Positions 59,801 through 64,000 of a DNA stretch of 64,000 nt are shown here, in pieces (the stretch's first letter is position 1; the number at the start of each line of letters is the position of its first letter). The notes under the pieces were generated by a model. The model worked only from the letters and a program-made list of their open reading frames with translations, was not told the DNA's origin and searched no databases. The position numbers and the translations under genes were made by a program. The stretch is from Syntrophomonadaceae bacterium (GTDB taxonomy: Bacteria; Bacillota; Dethiobacteria; DTU022; UBA8154): the NCBI GenBank assembly GCA_003563895.1, contig PWTK01000105.1:15129-79128 (forward strand), given 5' to 3'.

Positions 59801-60487
59801 CTACTCAGGAACCTCTTCCTCATTTAATTCTTCAAGAAGCCCGTGCCTTATGGCATACTTGACCAGGTCTGAGCGGTAGTTTACATTCAACTTCTCACGG
59901 ATGCGGGCCTTGTGGCTCTCCACGGTCTTAATGCTGACCACTAGTTTGTCGGCTATTTGCTTATTGGTGTAGCCCAAGGCTACCAGCCTGAGGACCTCTT
60001 TTTCCCGTCCGCTGAGGAGCTTCCCTTTTTCTTCTTCGCTTCCTTGTCTTCCCGGGCGATATCCTTCATAATAGCTCTTCAGCACCCCCCTGGTCAGTGA
60101 AGTGTCCAGAAACACTTCGTCACGGTTAACGGCCCTGATGGCAGCCAGCAGTTCAATGTCGGCCGCTTTTTTTATTATATACCCATCACCACCGCTCTCC
60201 ATGACCGTGTGGAGATATCCTTCGTCATCATACATGGTAAGAACCAGTACTTTAATGTGAGGGTGGATCTGTTTCAGCTCGGGGATGAGCTCCAACCCGT
60301 TCATGTCATCGAGAGACAGGTCCAGCAGGACAACCCGGGGAGAAAGCTCGGCAGCCAGCTGCAGCGCCTTTTTGCCGCTTCCCGTTTCCCCCACCACTTC
60401 TATGTCCTTTTGGGCATCCAAAAGCATTTTTAACCCGTTGCGCAAAACGGTGTGATCGTCCACAATAAGTACTGTGATCAAATCCAT
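59801..60487 (-). CDS. NarL/LuxR-family response regulator
   Basis: VDDH, LLD, LTMY, LS.REKEVL.LVA.G..NKQIA, S.KTVE.H. Confidence 0.93.
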   Translation of the reverse strand: MDLITVLIVDDHTVLRNGLKMLLDAQKDIEVVGETGSGKKALQLAAELSPRVVLLDLSLDDMNGLELIPELKQIHPHIKVLVLTMYDDEGYLHTVMESGGDGYIIKKAADIELLAAIRAVNRDEVFLDTSLTRGVLKSYYEGYRPGRQGSEEEKGKLLSGREKEVLRLVALGYTNKQIADKLVVSIKTVESHKARIREKLNVNYRSDLVKYAIRHGLLEELNEEEVPE

Positions 60488-60570
60488 GGCCCGTACCGTC
60501 CTTTTCCCGCTTTAAATCACTGTCATTATACAGTATTTACCCCGAACTGACAACAGGCAGGCAGAAAAAT

Positions 60571-60606
60571 AAACGGGAGCCAGGGTTAAAACCCTGACTC
60601 CCGTTT
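60571..60606 (-). terminator. Intrinsic terminator after the fdh operon
   Basis: AAACGGGAG.CAGGGT / ACCCTG.CTCCCGTTT hairpin with A/T tails. Confidence 0.75.
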
Positions 60607-60662
60607 TCGCGTCGGTATCGGCTGTGTTGCCTGGTCCAGTTTTTCTCTGCAGCCAAAGCTTC

Positions 60663-61454
60663 TTATTTTGCCGCCTTTTCGTTCTCCTTTTTGACCTTTT
60701 CCCTGCGGAAGGTATACCAGCTGCCCAGCATGCCTGCCACCAGCCCAGCCATGGCAAGCGTCTTCAGGGGGCGCATTGCCACTTTCCAGAGGTGAGTGGT
60801 GTAAGACACGGTCGGGCTCACAGGGAGGCCGTACATATCGGGGCTGTCAGCAAGCACGTAGATTACCCCCATGCCGCCCAGCTCATCCACGCCGTAAAGC
60901 TGGGCATTGGCAACGCCTCTTTCCTGCAGCTCGGCTACCCGCGCTTCCGCTTCGGCGATTTTTTCATCAGCTGTGCCAAATGTTACTGCTCCTGAAGGGC
61001 AGGCCTTGGAACAGGCCGTGGCATAACCGGCCGCCACGCGGTGCAGGCAGAAGTTGCACTTGTAGGCCTTTTCATCAACCTCTGGGCCCCTCGGGATTTC
61101 GAAGGGGCAGGCGCCGGTGCAGGCACCGCAGGCGATGCACTCTTCATGGTTGATGATAACGGCGCCTGTATCGGTCCGGCTGATGGCATCTACGGGGCAG
61201 ATTTCCATGCAGCCCGCTTCCGTACAGTGCATGCAGGAGAAGAAGTTAAAGTACCACTTCACTTCACCATTGTTTGCGTGCTCGTTGAACTTGACGCGAC
61301 TCCAGGTAACAAAATCTAAGTCGGCGGGATTCTCATAGGAGCCTGTAAATTCGGTTTCCACTGCAGGCAGCTGGTTCCACTGCTTGCATGCCACCTGGCA
61401 GCCCTTACAGGCCATACACTTGGTTACATCTATCAACCTAACATTATTTGCCAT
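60663..61454 (-). CDS. Formate dehydrogenase iron-sulfur (beta) subunit, FdnH-like
   Basis: CMACKGCQVAC, CMHC..AGC..ICP, CIACGACTGACP, KCNFC...C.KACP; C-terminal TM helix. Confidence 0.92.
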   Translation of the reverse strand: MANNVRLIDVTKCMACKGCQVACKQWNQLPAVETEFTGSYENPADLDFVTWSRVKFNEHANNGEVKWYFNFFSCMHCTEAGCMEICPVDAISRTDTGAVIINHEECIACGACTGACPFEIPRGPEVDEKAYKCNFCLHRVAAGYATACSKACPSGAVTFGTADEKIAEAEARVAELQERGVANAQLYGVDELGGMGVIYVLADSPDMYGLPVSPTVSYTTHLWKVAMRPLKTLAMAGLVAGMLGSWYTFRREKVKKENEKAAK

Positions 61455-64000
61455 TTAGCCCGCCCTCCTTATATTGCAGATAAACGACTTGAACTCCGGA
61501 ATGGTTGTGTTGGCACAACCGATGGTGGGGGTCAGGTCATTGGCGGAAGCTCCGCTGGAAAGACCCTTGAAACCCCAGTGCCAGGGCATACCTACGATTT
61601 CCTTCTCCTCGCCGTTAATCATCAAAGGCTTAACGCGCGGAGTCACTGCTACTTTACACTGAATGGTGCCTCTTTTGCTCTCAATCTCCACCATGTCGCC
61701 GTTTTCAACCCCGATTTCTGCAGCCAGGGAGGGGCTGATTTCACAGAACATTTCCGGCATCGCTTCGACCAACCAGGGGTTGTTCCGGGTCATAATCCCG
61801 GTCTGGTAGTGCTCTGTCAGGCGGTATGTGGTGGCGATGTACGGATAGTCCGCGCTTTCCCCCCGGTCTTCAGGGTACCATACCTTACAGACAGGGTTGA
61901 ACTGCACATCAGACATCCTGTTGGCAGTTATGCTCTCCCAGGGCTCGTAGTGCTCGGGGAAGGGGCCGTCTACCATGGTTCCAGTTAACCCTGCAAATAA
62001 TCTTGACTGCAGTTCCGGGGTCATGATGAAGGGTTTATCGGCTGTTTCTTCCGGGGGTACGTTGGCATTAAAATCAGGAACGTCTATTGTTACCCATTCA
62101 TTGTCTTCCCACCTGAACAGCGCCTTGTCAGGGTTCCAGGGGTTCCCTTCTGCATCACAGGAGCAGCGGTTGTAGACGATTCTGCGGTTGGCGGGCCAGG
62201 CGAATGACCAGTCATGGTTGAGGCCGAGGCCTTCTGTTTCCCTGGTGCGGTTCTTGCAGGCAGGGTCGGCCTCGTCCGCATAGAAACCGGTATAAATCCA
62301 GCTCCCAGCAGCCACTTCGCCGTCATCACTTCCGGTAATGTCGCCAAATCCAGTAGCCAGCTCGCCGGTGTCCCAGTAGAACCCGTTGATCTCCATGCAT
62401 ACTTTGGGAATATCCACTTCGTCGTCGCCGTAATCCCAGTACATGTCCACGATGGGTCCGGGGAATGCTCCGCCTTCTTCTTCGTAGAGGTTCCTGATTG
62501 CATGGAAGAGTTGGTTGACAATCCAGTAGTCCGGCTTGGCCTCCCCGGGAGGATCCTGGGCTTTGTGTCTCCACTGGATCCAGCGGCCGGAGTTGGTAAT
62601 GGTGCCTTCTTTTTCAAAGTGCATGCAGGCAGGCAGCAGGAACACTTCCGTGTCTACTTCTTCGGGGTTCATATCGGGAGCTTTCCAGAAGGCTGCCGTT
62701 TCATTTTCATAAATGTCAGCGCAAACCAGCCAATCCAGCTCCGCCTGGGCCCTGCGCTTTCTTATGGTATTGGCTCCACCCACCACCGGGTTGTCGGCAA
62801 AGCAGAACAGGCCTTTGATTTCCCCCTTGGCCATATAGGTGTAATAGGCAACAGACGAGCGGTTTTTGTCCAGCCGGGGCAGGTAATCAAAGTGGAAGTC
62901 GTTTTCTTCTGTGGCATTGTCACCCCAGAACGCTTTCAGCATCGAGGCCATAAACTTCGGTCGGTTGACCCAGTACCCGGAATCTGGTGCAGCAGCGTTA
63001 TAGGCTGCCAAATCCTGCCCATCACTGGGCATGGGCATATACCCGGTTACGATATGGAAGAGCTGGCCCATATCGCAAGCGCCCTGCACGTTGGACTGGC
63101 CCCGCTGGGCGTTCACACCGCCACCGGCGATGCCAACATTGCCCAGCAGCAGCTGAAGGATGGCGCAGCTGCGCACGTTTTGTGAACCGTGGGTAAACTG
63201 GGTAAGTCCCATGGCGTAGGAGATATTTCCGGCTTTGCCGGGTTCACCGGTGCTGCAGAACATCTCTGCCACTTCCACGAACTTGTCCTCGGGGCAGCCG
63301 GTGATTTCGCTGACGGTCTGCACGTTGTAGCGGGCATAGTGATTCTTGAACAGCTGCCACACGCAGTTGGAATCCTGCAGGGTTTCATCTTTTAAGATAT
63401 TGCCCTCTTCATCCCTCTGGTAGTCCCAGCTTGTCCTGTCGTAGGACTTCTGCCCGTCACCGAGGTCCGGTGCATCCTGAACGCCGGTGAACAACCCGTC
63501 GCTGTAACCAAAATCAGGGTTGATTAAACTGGAGGCATTGGTGAACAGTTTTACATACTCTTCATGATACTTGTTGTTTTCAATGGCATAGTTGATCAAC
63601 CCGGAGAAAAACGCTACATTGGTGCCGGGACGGATTGGCGCATACAGGTCGGAAACAGCAGAAGTGCGGGTGAAGCGGGGGTCCACTGAAATCAGCTTGG
63701 CACCGTTGTCCAGAGCCGCTTGAATCCACTTCATGGAAATGGGGTGGTTCTCAACGGTGTTTCCACCGATGTTCATGATTACATCGGAGTTGCGGTAATC
63801 GATCCAGTGGTTGGTCATAACGCCTCTACCAAATGAGTTGCCCAAACCTTGGACAGTTGAGGAGTGTCACAACCGGGCGCAGTGGTCCATATTGACAATG
63901 CCATTGGCGGCAACAAACTTTCTAAAGAGATAGTTCTCTTCGTTATTGCACATGGCACTGCCCACCCAGGCCAGGGCTTCGCAGCGGTTCGCCACCAGCC
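61455..64000 (-). CDS. Formate dehydrogenase alpha subunit (FdnG-like), selenocysteine-containing; 5' end beyond the window
   Basis: Frame continues through TGA 63867-63869: NEENYLFRKF...DHCARL-U-HSSTVQGLGNSFGRGVMTNHW; RGQSNVQG; molybdopterin-binding C-terminus. Confidence 0.95.
63839..63869 (-). promoter_or_regulatory. Sec codon plus bacterial SECIS-like hairpin
   Basis: UGA, 11 nt spacer, then stem-loop TGTCCAA-GGT-TTGGGCA. Confidence 0.75.

Overview
A 64 kb chromosomal window from an anaerobic Bacillota (Firmicutes)-type bacterium; the lineage is inferred from gene content only. Most genes are on the minus strand. Housekeeping blocks: miaB-fur-mutS-mutL-miaA; proC-proB-proA followed by a nifV-like synthase and LeuC/LeuD-type dehydratase subunits; rtcB-deoC; SOD; four tRNAs (Trp, Tyr, Lys, Leu); a NarL-type two-component pair; and a selenocysteine formate dehydrogenase (in-frame UGA at 63867-63869 with a SECIS-like hairpin). 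Most notable items: (1) a translationally coupled three-gene operon of a cytoplasmic gamma-glutamyltransferase, a Ddl-like ATP-grasp ligase fused to a degenerate M20 domain, and an N-formylglutamate amidohydrolase, a candidate uncharacterised amide/peptide synthesis-and-turnover system; (2) a ~10 kb SAM by-product salvage locus with two different AhcY paralogues (HxTxQ vs HxExK signatures), MtaD and an mtnP-mtnA-aldolase module; (3) six copies of a ~153 bp MITE-like element with 8-9 bp target-site duplications, plus two other dispersed repeat families; (4) a eukaryote-like PP2C phosphatase divergent from a sirtuin, with a macrodomain nearby; (5) possible scars of integrated elements at tRNA-Trp and tRNA-Leu. 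All calls come from reading motifs by eye; no database searches were run.
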